Shown piece after piece: positions 40,023 through 50,310 of a DNA stretch of 59,859 bases. Source of the stretch: Candidatus Levyibacteriota bacterium (lineage in GTDB: Bacteria; Patescibacteriota; Microgenomatia; Levybacterales; GWA1-39-11). The notes under the pieces were generated by a model. That model did no database searches, was not told the DNA's origin, and was given only the letters and a program-made list of their open reading frames with translations. The stretch lies in assembly GCA_036788695.1 (NCBI GenBank), contig DAIQMY010000001.1:1-59859 (forward strand), in the 5' to 3' direction. Each line of letters begins with the position of its first letter. The stretch's first letter is position 1. The translations under genes and the position numbers were made by a program.

Positions 40023-41105
40023 TTAGCGGTATCCAACAAAAGCCTTTGTAACTATTGGGGATAACAATACTACTCTTTTCCTTGCATCAATATCTGTAAC
40101 TTCTGCGTTAACGGTATCACCCGTTTTATAGGTAGTATCAGCTGGTATTTTATCTGCCGGAATAAATCCGTTTACCCCATTCCCTAGATCAATTGTTACG
40201 CCTCTTGTTGCAACTCGTGTTACCGTACCCTTTGCCTTATCTTCCTTTTTATATTTCTCTGATGCAGATGTAAAGGTATCTTTTAATGTTGCCTTTATAG
40301 AAAGATTTACCCGTCTGTTTTCCGTGTCTACGTCCAGTACAGCAGCCTCAATAGTTTCTCCATTTTTATAAAGAGATGGTAGATTTTCTACCCTCTCGTA
40401 AGAGATTTCTGATATATGCACAAATCCATCAATGGATTTTCCGTCTTTTCCAGGAAGTGAAACAAAAAGACCATATGGAGCTATTTGCTGTATTTTAGCG
40501 GTAGTCACTGTACCTTTTGGAAGAATTTTCCTGAGAGTTTCAGGGTCTGTTATGTAAGCAGTTGCCTTCTCTGAGAATATTACTCTCTTTTTTGCCCGAT
40601 CAACCTCAATAATTTTAACTAAAATCTTTTTTCCGGTTAAGCTTTCTTGTGTAATCACCTGTGAGGTGGGCAAGAATCCACGCATACCTGTTTCACTCGC
40701 AACAAAATATCCTCCTCTTGTTGGCTCAACGACGACAACTTCTACGTCTTCTTGTGAAGAAGAAAATTTATCCAAGTCTGCATACATTAAGTTATCAAGT
40801 GCGCGCCTGAGTGATACAACCGGAAAACCACCTTCTGATTCAGGAGAAATAATAACAGCTCTTACTTTATCTCCTACTTTTAAAGCACGCATTAAATTAT
40901 CCTGATTTGTCTTATCAACTTCTAAAACAAGCGCGTCAGATTTTGCGCCTATCTCTAAAAGAATTTCTGAAGGTGTTAATTTTTTAACAATGCCCTCTAC
41001 TTCTTGACCCTTTTTAAATACATTAAATGCAGATGTGTGCGTAGCCATAAGCTCGGCCATTGAATTTGCACCTGAAGAACTAGTTGTTTTTGAAGAATTC
41101 GCCAC
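40023..41105 (-). CDS. S1-domain protein (ribosomal protein bS1-like)
   Basis: Four S1 repeats, e.g. YGLFV...DGFVHISEISY...NRRVNLSIK. Confidence 0.88.
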   Translation of the reverse strand: MANSSKTTSSSGANSMAELMATHTSAFNVFKKGQEVEGIVKKLTPSEILLEIGAKSDALVLEVDKTNQDNLMRALKVGDKVRAVIISPESEGGFPVVSLRRALDNLMYADLDKFSSSQEDVEVVVVEPTRGGYFVASETGMRGFLPTSQVITQESLTGKKILVKIIEVDRAKKRVIFSEKATAYITDPETLRKILPKGTVTTAKIQQIAPYGLFVSLPGKDGKSIDGFVHISEISYERVENLPSLYKNGETIEAAVLDVDTENRRVNLSIKATLKDTFTSASEKYKKEDKAKGTVTRVATRGVTIDLGNGVNGFIPADKIPADTTYKTGDTVNAEVTDIDARKRVVLLSPIVTKAFVGYR

Positions 41106-41180
41106 GAATAAAATGTCCTTTCATGTTAGTTACCTATATTCTACCATAAAAGTATTACTACCGTAAAGAAGAAGGTTGAC

Positions 41181-41316
41181 ATATCCTAAGCCTGAGTAAG
41201 GATTCCCCACGGCTTTAGAAACGTAGTTTCGCAAGACGTAGTAACTAGAATATCCTAAACAAGAGTAAGTACAGAAGTATGATAGCTCCAACCTGAGTAA
41301 GGATTCCCCACGGCTT
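41181..41316 (-). repeat. degenerate duplication of the 3' end of the 41245..41706 gene
   Basis: 25 bp identical (41191-41215 = 41292-41316) and ATATCCTAA at 41181-41189 = 41250-41258, i.e. a copy with an internal deletion. Confidence 0.88.
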
Positions 41317-41706
41317 ATCCAACCGTACATTCATCGCATGTTGCAACTTATATACATATTTTGACCACCCTACTAATGGGTCTTTTATGTTTAAGATAAA
41401 ATAAGGAGCGGTAAGCCAATCCGGAAGCTGAGAGAGAAAAATCGCTGTAAATAAGTAAAGATAATTTGTCTGCCCAAAAACATATGTATATACTAAAATT
41501 GATACAATCACGCTTATAATAACATCCAAACTTGCCTCATAAAATAATCTCTTTTTTGTTTTTTCAGCATGATGCGTGCCTGCATCCCAATGGGGAATTA
41601 TATCGCATACAAAATGAGACGCAAAAGCTAGGGGAAGCCCTATGTATGGATTGTTAAATTTTGCAATTAGTATTGTTGCAACTAATGCGTGTCCCGTTGC
41701 GGTCAT
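41245..41706 (-). CDS. membrane protein, metal-dependent hydrolase-like
   Basis: TGHALV, ASHFVCDIIPHWD, SQLPD, LQH motifs; TATAAT lies 6 nt before ATG 41706. Confidence 0.75.
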   Translation of the reverse strand: MTATGHALVATILIAKFNNPYIGLPLAFASHFVCDIIPHWDAGTHHAEKTKKRLFYEASLDVIISVIVSILVYTYVFGQTNYLYLFTAIFLSQLPDWLTAPYFILNIKDPLVGWSKYVYKLQHAMNVRLDKPWGILTQVGAIILLYLLLFRIF

Positions 41707-41832
41707 CTTACAATTATATACTAGTATGCACGTTATTGATAATTTGTGCTCCCATAAATTTTCTTCAGAATATCCTACGAATAAAAAGAAAGTGAGGCAA
41801 ATAAAATATTCAAAATTTGCTACAATAGCCAA

Positions 41833-42444
41833 ATGGAACTTCTGTTGGGCGTTATCATTCTTATATTTTCTGCCATTCTGCACGAAATCATGCATGGATA
41901 TGCGGCTGATAAATTGGGAGACCCTACCGCAAGACTCATGGGTAGACTCACGCTAAATCCTATCCCGCATATAGATCCCATTATGAGTGTTGTCGTACCT
42001 TTTGTCCTCGTATTTATTGGCTCACCTATTATTTTTGGTGCAGCAAAGCCAGTTCCCGTAAACCCTCACAATTTCAGAGATGGAAAAAAAGATTTTGCTC
42101 TTGTTGCGCTTGCCGGTCCATTAACCAATTTCTCAATCGCGGTTATTGCTGCATTATGTGCTAAGTTTTTCTCTTTTAATCATGATATGTATTTCTTCTT
42201 TTCGCTCGTAACTTTTTATAATCTTATCTTGGGATTCATAAACCTGATACCAGTGCCACCTTTGGATGGTTCTCGCGTATTTAATTATTTGTTACCTAAA
42301 AATATCTCAGCAGCATATATGTCAATTGAACCATTTGGTATATTTCTCGTGTTGATTCTTCTCTCCCTTCCAATTGCTGGATATCAATTAGGAGATATTA
42401 TCTCCAACCTCGTTTTCACTTCTATGAGATTTCTTGGATTTTAG
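41833..42444 (+). CDS. site-2 protease (peptidase M50)
   Basis: HEIMH zinc motif, ALAGP, NLIPVPPLDG. Confidence 0.95.
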   Translation: MELLLGVIILIFSAILHEIMHGYAADKLGDPTARLMGRLTLNPIPHIDPIMSVVVPFVLVFIGSPIIFGAAKPVPVNPHNFRDGKKDFALVALAGPLTNFSIAVIAALCAKFFSFNHDMYFFFSLVTFYNLILGFINLIPVPPLDGSRVFNYLLPKNISAAYMSIEPFGIFLVLILLSLPIAGYQLGDIISNLVFTSMRFLGF

Positions 42445-42482
42445 TGATTGACAAGCATTAACTCAAGGCGAATAATATTTGT

Positions 42483-43460
42483 ATGGCTGAAAAACATACA
42501 CTCCCCACAATAAGTAATTTGTTTGCCGAATCATGGACTACTTTTAAAAAAAGCGCCCTCAACCTTTTTATTATTAATGTAATAGGAATTACAATTTACG
42601 TGGTATTGTTTTTTGCAGCTTTATTTATATCTCTACCCTTTGGTGTATTTTCCATCTTTAACGCAGTTACCACTAAAACATTAAGCATGGCAACTTTATC
42701 ATCTCTTAGTGTTATAGGTGTTATATTTCTTGTCTCATGTATTGTGGCGATTTTAGCAGGATACGCAATCCAAGCGGCTAGCATACTTGTTGTGGGACAC
42801 GTAAAAGCAAAACAAGAAATAGGTACAGTAATAAAAAAAGGGTTCTCACATGTTTGGAAGCTATTCCTGGCAAGCCTACTTACTGGATTTATAATTGCGG
42901 GTGGATATTTTCTATTCATACTTCCGGGTATCTTTTTTTCAATTATATTCTTATTCACCTATTATGAGATTGTACTAAACGGAAAAGGAGTACTTTCATC
43001 CATGAGAAGAAGCTCAAAAATAGTATTATCTAACTTCTGGGGGGTATTGGGTAGAATAGTAATTTTATATGTAGCTCTTTTTGGGATTACGCTTATCCCC
43101 CAACTCTTTCTTATGACTGGAACAAACCAAGAACTCAGCAGTATCTTCTCGCTTCTCACTTTTGTCATAAATATATGCGTTGGATGGTATGCTATCTGCT
43201 ACGTAATTACTCTCTACAAACACGCAAGCCAGGGATATGAACAAGATAAGGGAAGCAAGCTTCTCTGGCCAGTTGTTGTAGGCATTGTCGGATGGATTGT
43301 TGGAATTGTGCTTATCCTATGCATAGCATTTGTTTCTTATATGCTTATCACAAGCTCACTGGAAAAAACAAAACAGAAGAAAACATATCAAATATATGAA
43401 ATTGAATCAGTCTTTCCTTCTTCTGCTTCTCTACAAATGGGTACTCCATCCGCGCGTTAG
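42483..43460 (+). CDS. hypothetical multi-TM protein
   Basis: Several TMs; ILPGIFFS...SMRRSSKIV pattern typical of GDPD-membrane-domain-like proteins. Confidence 0.75.
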   Translation: MAEKHTLPTISNLFAESWTTFKKSALNLFIINVIGITIYVVLFFAALFISLPFGVFSIFNAVTTKTLSMATLSSLSVIGVIFLVSCIVAILAGYAIQAASILVVGHVKAKQEIGTVIKKGFSHVWKLFLASLLTGFIIAGGYFLFILPGIFFSIIFLFTYYEIVLNGKGVLSSMRRSSKIVLSNFWGVLGRIVILYVALFGITLIPQLFLMTGTNQELSSIFSLLTFVINICVGWYAICYVITLYKHASQGYEQDKGSKLLWPVVVGIVGWIVGIVLILCIAFVSYMLITSSLEKTKQKKTYQIYEIESVFPSSASLQMGTPSAR

Positions 43461-43500
43461 CCCTTGCAATCCCACGCGTATATTATGTACCATAAGCTAA

Positions 43501-44775
43501 ATGAAAATAAAAGATGTTTTAGCGCTTGAAATATTAGACTCCAGAGGAAACCCCACGGTAAGAACAGTTTTAACTTTAGATGACGGATCAACACATACCT
43601 CATCGGTTCCTTCAGGGGCCTCTACTGGCATAAACGAAGCTGTGGAATTAAGAGATAAAGATATGGATAGATATCAGGGGCAAGGTGTACTTAAGGCAAT
43701 AATGCACGTTAATACAGTTATCAAAGATAGCATAGCAGACAAAGAAGTAGATCCTATGGTAATTGACAAGATGCTTATTGAGCTTGATGGTACAGAAAAT
43801 AAAAATAAATTGGGTGCAAACGCAATTCTTTCAGTCTCTATGGCAGTCGCCAGAGCTTACGCCCATATAGAAAATAAGCCTCTATGGCAGTGCCTTTCTG
43901 ATATGTACTTTCCAAATACTACTCCGGGATTTCCCCGTCTTATGGTAAACATCATAAATGGCGGCGTACACGCCAACTGGAACTTTGACTTCCAGGAATT
44001 TATGATTGTCCCCAACTCCACTACTCCAACAGAAAGCGTTCGAATAGCTAGTGAAATTTTTCATTCGCTTGGAAAACTTTTAAAAGAAAAGGGTCTTTCA
44101 ACACTTATTGGAGATGAAGGTGGCTATTCACCAAAGCTTGAATCTAATGATGCAGCTTTTAAGCTGATACTTGACGCCGCAATAAAAGCTGGATATGAAA
44201 ATGTTACTGATTACAGACTTTCAATTGATGCTGCAGCGTCTGAATTTTACTCTTCATCCGAAACTTTAGTGAAGGATGGTGAAAGCGGAAAATATAATCT
44301 AAAAAAAGAGCACAAGGTGCTTTCCTCGAATGAATTGTCTTCTTACTATTCTCTACTCACGAATACCTATTCTCTGCTATCTATCGAAGACCCCTTTGAT
44401 CAGGAGGATTATGATGCACACAAAAAGTTTACAGAAATGGCTGAAAAGTTTGATTTTATAACCATAGGTGATGACCTTTTCTGCACAAATCCAAAGCTTA
44501 TTGAAAAAGGGATAGAGGCAAAGGAGGCAAATGGAGTCTTAATAAAGTTAAACCAAATAGGAACAGTCACAGAAACAGCCGCGGCAATTAATCTAGCCAA
44601 AAGGGCTAATTGGAAAGTTGCTGTTTCCCACAGGTCTGGAGAAACAGAAGACTCATTCATAGCAGACCTAGCCTACGCCTGTACTGCTGATTTCCTCAAG
44701 AGCGGCTCCATGAGCAGATCCGAACGCCTCTCAAAATATAACAGACTCTTGGAGATTGAAACAGGAATAGAATAA
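43501..44775 (+). CDS. eno: enolase
   Basis: EILDSRGNPTV, VPSGASTG, GDEGG, SHRSGETED, RSERLSKYNRLL. Confidence 0.98.
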   Translation: MKIKDVLALEILDSRGNPTVRTVLTLDDGSTHTSSVPSGASTGINEAVELRDKDMDRYQGQGVLKAIMHVNTVIKDSIADKEVDPMVIDKMLIELDGTENKNKLGANAILSVSMAVARAYAHIENKPLWQCLSDMYFPNTTPGFPRLMVNIINGGVHANWNFDFQEFMIVPNSTTPTESVRIASEIFHSLGKLLKEKGLSTLIGDEGGYSPKLESNDAAFKLILDAAIKAGYENVTDYRLSIDAAASEFYSSSETLVKDGESGKYNLKKEHKVLSSNELSSYYSLLTNTYSLLSIEDPFDQEDYDAHKKFTEMAEKFDFITIGDDLFCTNPKLIEKGIEAKEANGVLIKLNQIGTVTETAAAINLAKRANWKVAVSHRSGETEDSFIADLAYACTADFLKSGSMSRSERLSKYNRLLEIETGIE

Positions 44776-44876
44776 GTAACTCCGTTACTCATGTTGGCGC
44801 TCCTAATATAAAGGTACCACCGCTATCCCTATCTCTATGCTTGAACCTATTCCTCAAATACCATATACTCATGCCT

Positions 44877-46625
44877 ATGAATCCGGAACTCGCTACTAAT
44901 AAAGATAAAATTGCAAAAGTGAGATCACTTTTCAAAACTAGGCTTCTTTCAGAAGCAGAAATGAATAGGCTTGGATATATTTTATCTCCTAATACCAACC
45001 TACAACCAGATATTAAACAAGGAACCACTCTCCCAGAGCCAAAGGAAAAGAATGGATCCTTCCCAAAGCTTACCCAAGAAGATATAGATAAAATTGGTAA
45101 AGCTACCATCTCACCGTCTGATAAACGGTTAACAAAACAAGATGCAATACTTATAAAAACGCTACTGACGGAAACTCTTTATACAGATATTGTAGATATT
45201 GCACGCAAAACTGATCCTGCGAAAAGAGATTATGAAATACAGTACCTACTCACGCGAATTCATACTCTCAATTTCCGATATTTATTTCCTGCTGGGCTTA
45301 AAATCACCCAATACCAAAATGATCCAGGGCTCTTAAGGCTTGTAAAGGATAGAGAAGTAAAAACCCCAGAATCAAGCCTTCTATTCACATCTCTTAATAA
45401 TAAAGATGCACTTTTAGATAGAGAAAAAAGCCATATCATGATAACTCTGACCAAAAACGCAAAAGGCTCTATCATAGAGGGAAAAACGCTCACAGGGAAA
45501 AAGCTAAGACCAATACTAATTCAAAATGTGCGTGTTACCGAACTTCCCACAAACGCTATAGCTGATGATAAGGGCGGTGGAAAAGTTTTAGTCCATGAAT
45601 ATAACAACAATCCAGTAATGCAAAAGGTAAAACCTATAACGTATTTTGTATCCTCTGACCAACAAGTAAAGCTTATCAAAATCCTTTTGTCTGAAAGGTC
45701 AATGTCCATGCCTACTCTTTTCTCAAGATTCTCAACACCAGATGAACCACTCTCCTACCGCAATACTGAACTACTAATCAGCTGCGTAAACAAATATATG
45801 CGACAATGGGGAGTTGAAGCATCATTTGATGAAACAGCAGAAAATTTAAACCTGGAAGTTATAGGAGGAAGAAAACCTACAATGCCCACTCTGCTTGATC
45901 ATAATAACTATCCAGAAATGAAAATACAGAAACCAACTATTAATAAAGGGCAATCTTTTGCTCAGCAACAAGCCGATACAACTAAGGAACGGTTACAACA
46001 AATAAATAGAGCCTCCTTACTTGCCAGAGGCATAGTAACCCATCCAGGAAAAAATGCAGATATTTTCTACTATATACCTAGCACCCCTATATCAAAGGAT
46101 AAGCTGCAATACGCAAACAGCGATGAAGTACTTGATTATTACATAGATATTGCAGAAACAAGAGAAAGGTTTATACAGCAAATGAGAGATAAAACTATAC
46201 CCCTCATTGATAAAGAAAAGAAAAGTCTTTTGGCAGAAAAACATGGTCGTCAATACACAGTTGAAAATTCTTCTGCTCTCCATATCTATCCTGCACCAGA
46301 AAGTGTTACAAAAGATAAAACACATGCAAGGATGATCTATGAAATATTTCTTGAGGATTTTCCAAGTGAAAAAGGTCTTAGCATAAAAGAAATTATGAAT
46401 CGCATGAATGAAAGATTGCCGGAAATATACAGGGCTAATGAGGTCACTACCGCTGCAAACGCACAGTATCTGATTGCAGAATTGAAAAAAATCGGACTGT
46501 ATATAGAAAATATTGCTCCTGTGCCTCCAGGGAAAAAAAGAGCACACCAGGGGCTTTATCGTCTTTCATTGCCGCATGAGAATTCACAAAATAAAGAAAT
46601 AGATACTAAAGCAAAAGATACATAA
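44877..46625 (+). CDS. large hypothetical protein
   Basis: Long ORF with no recognised domain; TATACT lies 7 nt before ATG 44877. Confidence 0.75.
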   Translation: MNPELATNKDKIAKVRSLFKTRLLSEAEMNRLGYILSPNTNLQPDIKQGTTLPEPKEKNGSFPKLTQEDIDKIGKATISPSDKRLTKQDAILIKTLLTETLYTDIVDIARKTDPAKRDYEIQYLLTRIHTLNFRYLFPAGLKITQYQNDPGLLRLVKDREVKTPESSLLFTSLNNKDALLDREKSHIMITLTKNAKGSIIEGKTLTGKKLRPILIQNVRVTELPTNAIADDKGGGKVLVHEYNNNPVMQKVKPITYFVSSDQQVKLIKILLSERSMSMPTLFSRFSTPDEPLSYRNTELLISCVNKYMRQWGVEASFDETAENLNLEVIGGRKPTMPTLLDHNNYPEMKIQKPTINKGQSFAQQQADTTKERLQQINRASLLARGIVTHPGKNADIFYYIPSTPISKDKLQYANSDEVLDYYIDIAETRERFIQQMRDKTIPLIDKEKKSLLAEKHGRQYTVENSSALHIYPAPESVTKDKTHARMIYEIFLEDFPSEKGLSIKEIMNRMNERLPEIYRANEVTTAANAQYLIAELKKIGLYIENIAPVPPGKKRAHQGLYRLSLPHENSQNKEIDTKAKDT

Positions 46626-46781
46626 TCCCTCACCAAAAACCCTGACACAAGAGCTCTTAACACTACTTGATACTAACTACGAAATACCTTTTGGATCGCA
46701 GTGCAAAGTCGATAACAAGATACGAGAACCGCAAGCTTTCTACTCTTGAAATATAATCCCGGGAAAGCTTATACTGTCCCC

Positions 46782-47411
46782 ATGGCATACCTCGTTTTAG
46801 TACGACACGGATTATCTGATTACAATAAAAGAGGACTTTGGACCGGATGGGACAACCCACCCCTGATTGAAGAAGGTCGTCTGCAAGCTCAGAAAACTGC
46901 TGAGGAACTCAAGGATATTCATTTTGACTATGCATATTCCTCAGACCAAATCCGCTCAGTTGAAACCGTAAAGGAAATATTAAATAATCTTGGACAAGAT
47001 ACACAAATAACAGAAGATAAACGAATACGGGAGCGTGATTATGGCATTTACACAAAAAAAAACAAATGGGAGGTTAAAAAAGAATTAGGAGAGGATGAGT
47101 TTCAGAAACTCAGACGCGGATGGGACTACCCTATCCCACAAGGAGAAAGTTTAAAACAAGTAAGCGAGCGGGAAATTCCATTTTATAAAGAACTATTAGA
47201 GCCAAAGCTGAAAGAGGGCAAAAATATTCTCATAGGCTCAAGCGGAAACGCTTTACGTGCTCTTGCCAAATATTTGGAAAAAATTCCTGATGAAAACATT
47301 GCAGATCTTGAAATAGGAACAGGGGAAGCATATGTGTATCAAATAAATTCCGAGGGGAAAGTTATACATAAAGAAGTCCGCGGCAAAAATCCACTAGCAG
47401 GCAAGATATAA
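46782..47411 (+). CDS. gpmA: 2,3-bisphosphoglycerate-dependent phosphoglycerate mutase
   Basis: LVRHG, GLWTGW, RERDYG, GESLK, GNALRAL. Confidence 0.93.
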   Translation: MAYLVLVRHGLSDYNKRGLWTGWDNPPLIEEGRLQAQKTAEELKDIHFDYAYSSDQIRSVETVKEILNNLGQDTQITEDKRIRERDYGIYTKKNKWEVKKELGEDEFQKLRRGWDYPIPQGESLKQVSEREIPFYKELLEPKLKEGKNILIGSSGNALRALAKYLEKIPDENIADLEIGTGEAYVYQINSEGKVIHKEVRGKNPLAGKI

Positions 47412-47495
47412 CTTCTTCTTTCTATTTTTATGAGTCTGCAATCACTACATTCAAAATCTCTTGAATCTATCGTCTATTGAGCATATACTTACTGT

Positions 47496-48482
47496 ATGTC
47501 CACTTCTATTATTTCTGTATCGAATTTATCAAAAAAATATAAAGTTCACAAAAAAGATCCAGGCTTTGCAGGGTCTCTAAAGTCGTTATTTTCAAGAAAG
47601 TATGAAACTGTTGAAGCAGTAAAAGACATCAGCTTTAAGATTAAAGAAGGAGAACTCATAGGATTTATAGGCCCTAATGGTGCGGGAAAAACAACAACAC
47701 TTAAATGTCTTTCTGGACTTCTCTACCCGTCTGGCGGCAAAGTTGAGGTTTTAGGATTCACCCCATTTCAGCGCAAAACCGCTTTCTTGAAACAAATTGC
47801 ACTAGTCATGGGGCAGAAAAACCAGCTCTGGTGGGATCTTCCGCCTACTGAAACCTTTCTCTTAAACCGTGAGATATATGAAATCCCGGACAAGAAATAT
47901 AAGGAAACGTTAAATGATCTTGTTGAATTACTAGATGTGAAGGATGTTTTAAATGTTCAAGTCAGAAAGTTGTCTCTTGGACAACGCATGAAGTGTGAGC
48001 TTATCGCAGCACTCCTTCACTCTCCTAAAGTTCTATTCCTTGACGAACCAACAATTGGACTTGACGTAGTTATGCAAAAAAAACTGCGGGACTTTCTCAA
48101 AGAATATAACCAAAAATATAATGCAACCATTATTCTTACCAGTCATTACATGGAAGACGTAAGGCAACTTTGTGAACGAGTCATCGTAATAGACCACGGG
48201 ACTCTTCTGTTTGACGGAAAACTTGATAATTTAATTCACGAATACACTCACCACAAGACTATCTCAGTAATTCTTGAAAAACAAGTTCCACTACATAAAC
48301 TTGAAAAACTTGGAGAAATTAAGGAACATGATTTTCCAAAAGTTGTCTTATCTGTTAAACGAGAAGATTCAAATAAAATAACTACTAGACTATTAAAAGA
48401 CTTCCCTGTTTTAGATTTAAATATTGAAGAACCAGATATAGAAGAGATCATAAGAGAAGTGTTTAGTAGAAAAACAAAATGA
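47496..48482 (+). CDS. ABC-2 exporter ATP-binding protein
   Basis: GPNGAGKTT, LSLGQRMK, LFLDEPT. Confidence 0.95.
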   Translation: MSTSIISVSNLSKKYKVHKKDPGFAGSLKSLFSRKYETVEAVKDISFKIKEGELIGFIGPNGAGKTTTLKCLSGLLYPSGGKVEVLGFTPFQRKTAFLKQIALVMGQKNQLWWDLPPTETFLLNREIYEIPDKKYKETLNDLVELLDVKDVLNVQVRKLSLGQRMKCELIAALLHSPKVLFLDEPTIGLDVVMQKKLRDFLKEYNQKYNATIILTSHYMEDVRQLCERVIVIDHGTLLFDGKLDNLIHEYTHHKTISVILEKQVPLHKLEKLGEIKEHDFPKVVLSVKREDSNKITTRLLKDFPVLDLNIEEPDIEEIIREVFSRKTK

Positions 48483-48483
48483 T

Positions 48484-49281
48484 ATGCGTAGGTATTTCAA
48501 TATTTTCCTTTTAGAATTTCAGGTTGCGTTTGCCATAAAAAGTCTTTCTCTTGTCTGGTTTCTATCAGCACTGCTTGGACCCCTCCTTATGCTCGCATTC
48601 TGGAGTAGTGCCACTGCTTCCCAGGGAGGATCCGTCCTAGGTTGGACTTTCTCCAATCTTGCCACCTACTATTTGCTAATAGTTCTAGGAGGAAGCCTTT
48701 TTTTAGCGCATATTGAATTTGGTTTGGCACGGGATATCAATCGGGGGGATACTACAATCTATCTCCTGAAACCCCGCCCGTTTTTTCTTCTTATGTTTTT
48801 ACACGAAATTCCGTGGAGACTAATACAAGGTCTATTTACTATAATTGCTATTCTAGGAATTGCTTATTTTACAAGAAACATTATTCAAGTTACAGATTCA
48901 CCTATTCACTTGATGCTCGCACTCCTAATGATCCTACTGGCTTATATGATGTCCTTTACGTTTAAGATGTGCGTGGGACTTCTTGCATTTTGGTTTACAG
49001 ATGCAAGCGGAATCATACAGTTAGATGATTTTATTGTGACAATATGTGGGGGTGTAATTGCCCCACTTATATTTATCCCCTTACAGTTTCGTCTATTTTT
49101 AGAAGTTCTCCCCTTTGCTTATATTCTGTACTATCCTGCAGTTGCACTCCTGGGAAAGCTTAACTACGAAACAGAACTTAGAGTTATTACTGTCCAACTG
49201 CTCTGGCTTATTGTGTTTAGTATTTTATATAGATTTTTTTGGAGAGCAGGAATAAAAAAGTTTACAGCATTTGGAAGGTGA
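48484..49281 (+). CDS. ABC-2 family permease
   Basis: Six TMs; follows the ATPase; LPFAYILYYP motif. Confidence 0.88.
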   Translation: MRRYFNIFLLEFQVAFAIKSLSLVWFLSALLGPLLMLAFWSSATASQGGSVLGWTFSNLATYYLLIVLGGSLFLAHIEFGLARDINRGDTTIYLLKPRPFFLLMFLHEIPWRLIQGLFTIIAILGIAYFTRNIIQVTDSPIHLMLALLMILLAYMMSFTFKMCVGLLAFWFTDASGIIQLDDFIVTICGGVIAPLIFIPLQFRLFLEVLPFAYILYYPAVALLGKLNYETELRVITVQLLWLIVFSILYRFFWRAGIKKFTAFGR

Positions 49282-49283
49282 TT

Positions 49284-50072
49284 ATGAAAAAATACTTATC
49301 TGTCTTTAAAGAATTAGTCAAAATTAATTTTTCAAAAACACTTATCTATAAAGGGCATTTTTATATGGAAACCCTAAACAGTCTATGTTGGGGTGCTCTT
49401 TCTGTTATTACTATTCTTATTCTTACATCAAACGTATCTTCTGTTTTTGGATGGACAAGAAACGAACTTATCTTACTTGCCGTCTTTGTAAATATCATAT
49501 ATGGAATTTTAAGAATACTTTTTGATATTAATTTTTGGGTTTTCTCTGAAACAGTAAACACTGGACTTCTTGATCAGGTGCTCCTAAAACCAATCGACAC
49601 ACAACTTCAGATGAGTATCTGGAGAATTGATTTTGGCGGTATAATGAGACTACTTATCGCAATAGTATTAGCTATATACCTTGTGTTTGCTTTCAATTTC
49701 GCAGTTACCCCTATAAGTATCATGAATACGATCTTGCTGTGTATTCTTGGAGTAATATTGCTTTACTCTATAAGCTTTATTTTTCTCACCATAACTATTT
49801 GGTTTTCTAGTTTATATAACCTTATGCATTTAATAAACACGGTTCTTGGAGTCTCTCGTTATCCTAAGGAAATGTATGCCAACATAAGCATTGGACTATT
49901 TCTATTTCTTCTTCCGGTTGCAATCATTATAGCTACTCCGACAAAAGCCCTTATCCAAAAAGGGAATGTATTTGACTCACTATTGCTTATGGTGTTAGCC
50001 TTTGTCTCTTTTAGCATCTCCCGTTTGTTTTGGAAATTTGCACTCAAATTCTATACCAGCGCAAGTGGGTAA
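49284..50072 (+). CDS. ABC-2 family permease (DUF990-like)
   Basis: GWTRNE, GLLDQVLLKP, RYP motifs; start set at ATG 49284. Confidence 0.88.
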   Translation: MKKYLSVFKELVKINFSKTLIYKGHFYMETLNSLCWGALSVITILILTSNVSSVFGWTRNELILLAVFVNIIYGILRILFDINFWVFSETVNTGLLDQVLLKPIDTQLQMSIWRIDFGGIMRLLIAIVLAIYLVFAFNFAVTPISIMNTILLCILGVILLYSISFIFLTITIWFSSLYNLMHLINTVLGVSRYPKEMYANISIGLFLFLLPVAIIIATPTKALIQKGNVFDSLLLMVLAFVSFSISRLFWKFALKFYTSASG

Positions 50073-50129
50073 ATAACATTTATAGATCTTTAGGTTTTAT
50101 TATTTCGACACCTCAGGCGTATTGCGTAA

Positions 50130-50270
50130 GAAGTGAACGAGCGATTCAGGGGGATGCCTTGCAAACTTGTCGAGGAGGGGGCGACACCCCCGATGAGCGA
50201 GTGAACTTCGAAGGCATGGAGGCTGACATGTCGAGCATTTTGCTCCACTTTTGATGCCGCAAAAGTGGGA
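50130..50270. other. GC-rich multi-hairpin element
   Basis: ATGCCTT/AAGGCAT, GGGGG-CGACA-CCCCC, GAGCA/TGCTC, CCACTTTTG/CAAAAGTGG stems. Confidence 0.65.
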
Positions 50271-50310
50271 AAAGAATATGTTCTAGGCAGAAATTGAGAA
50301 GAAAATATTT

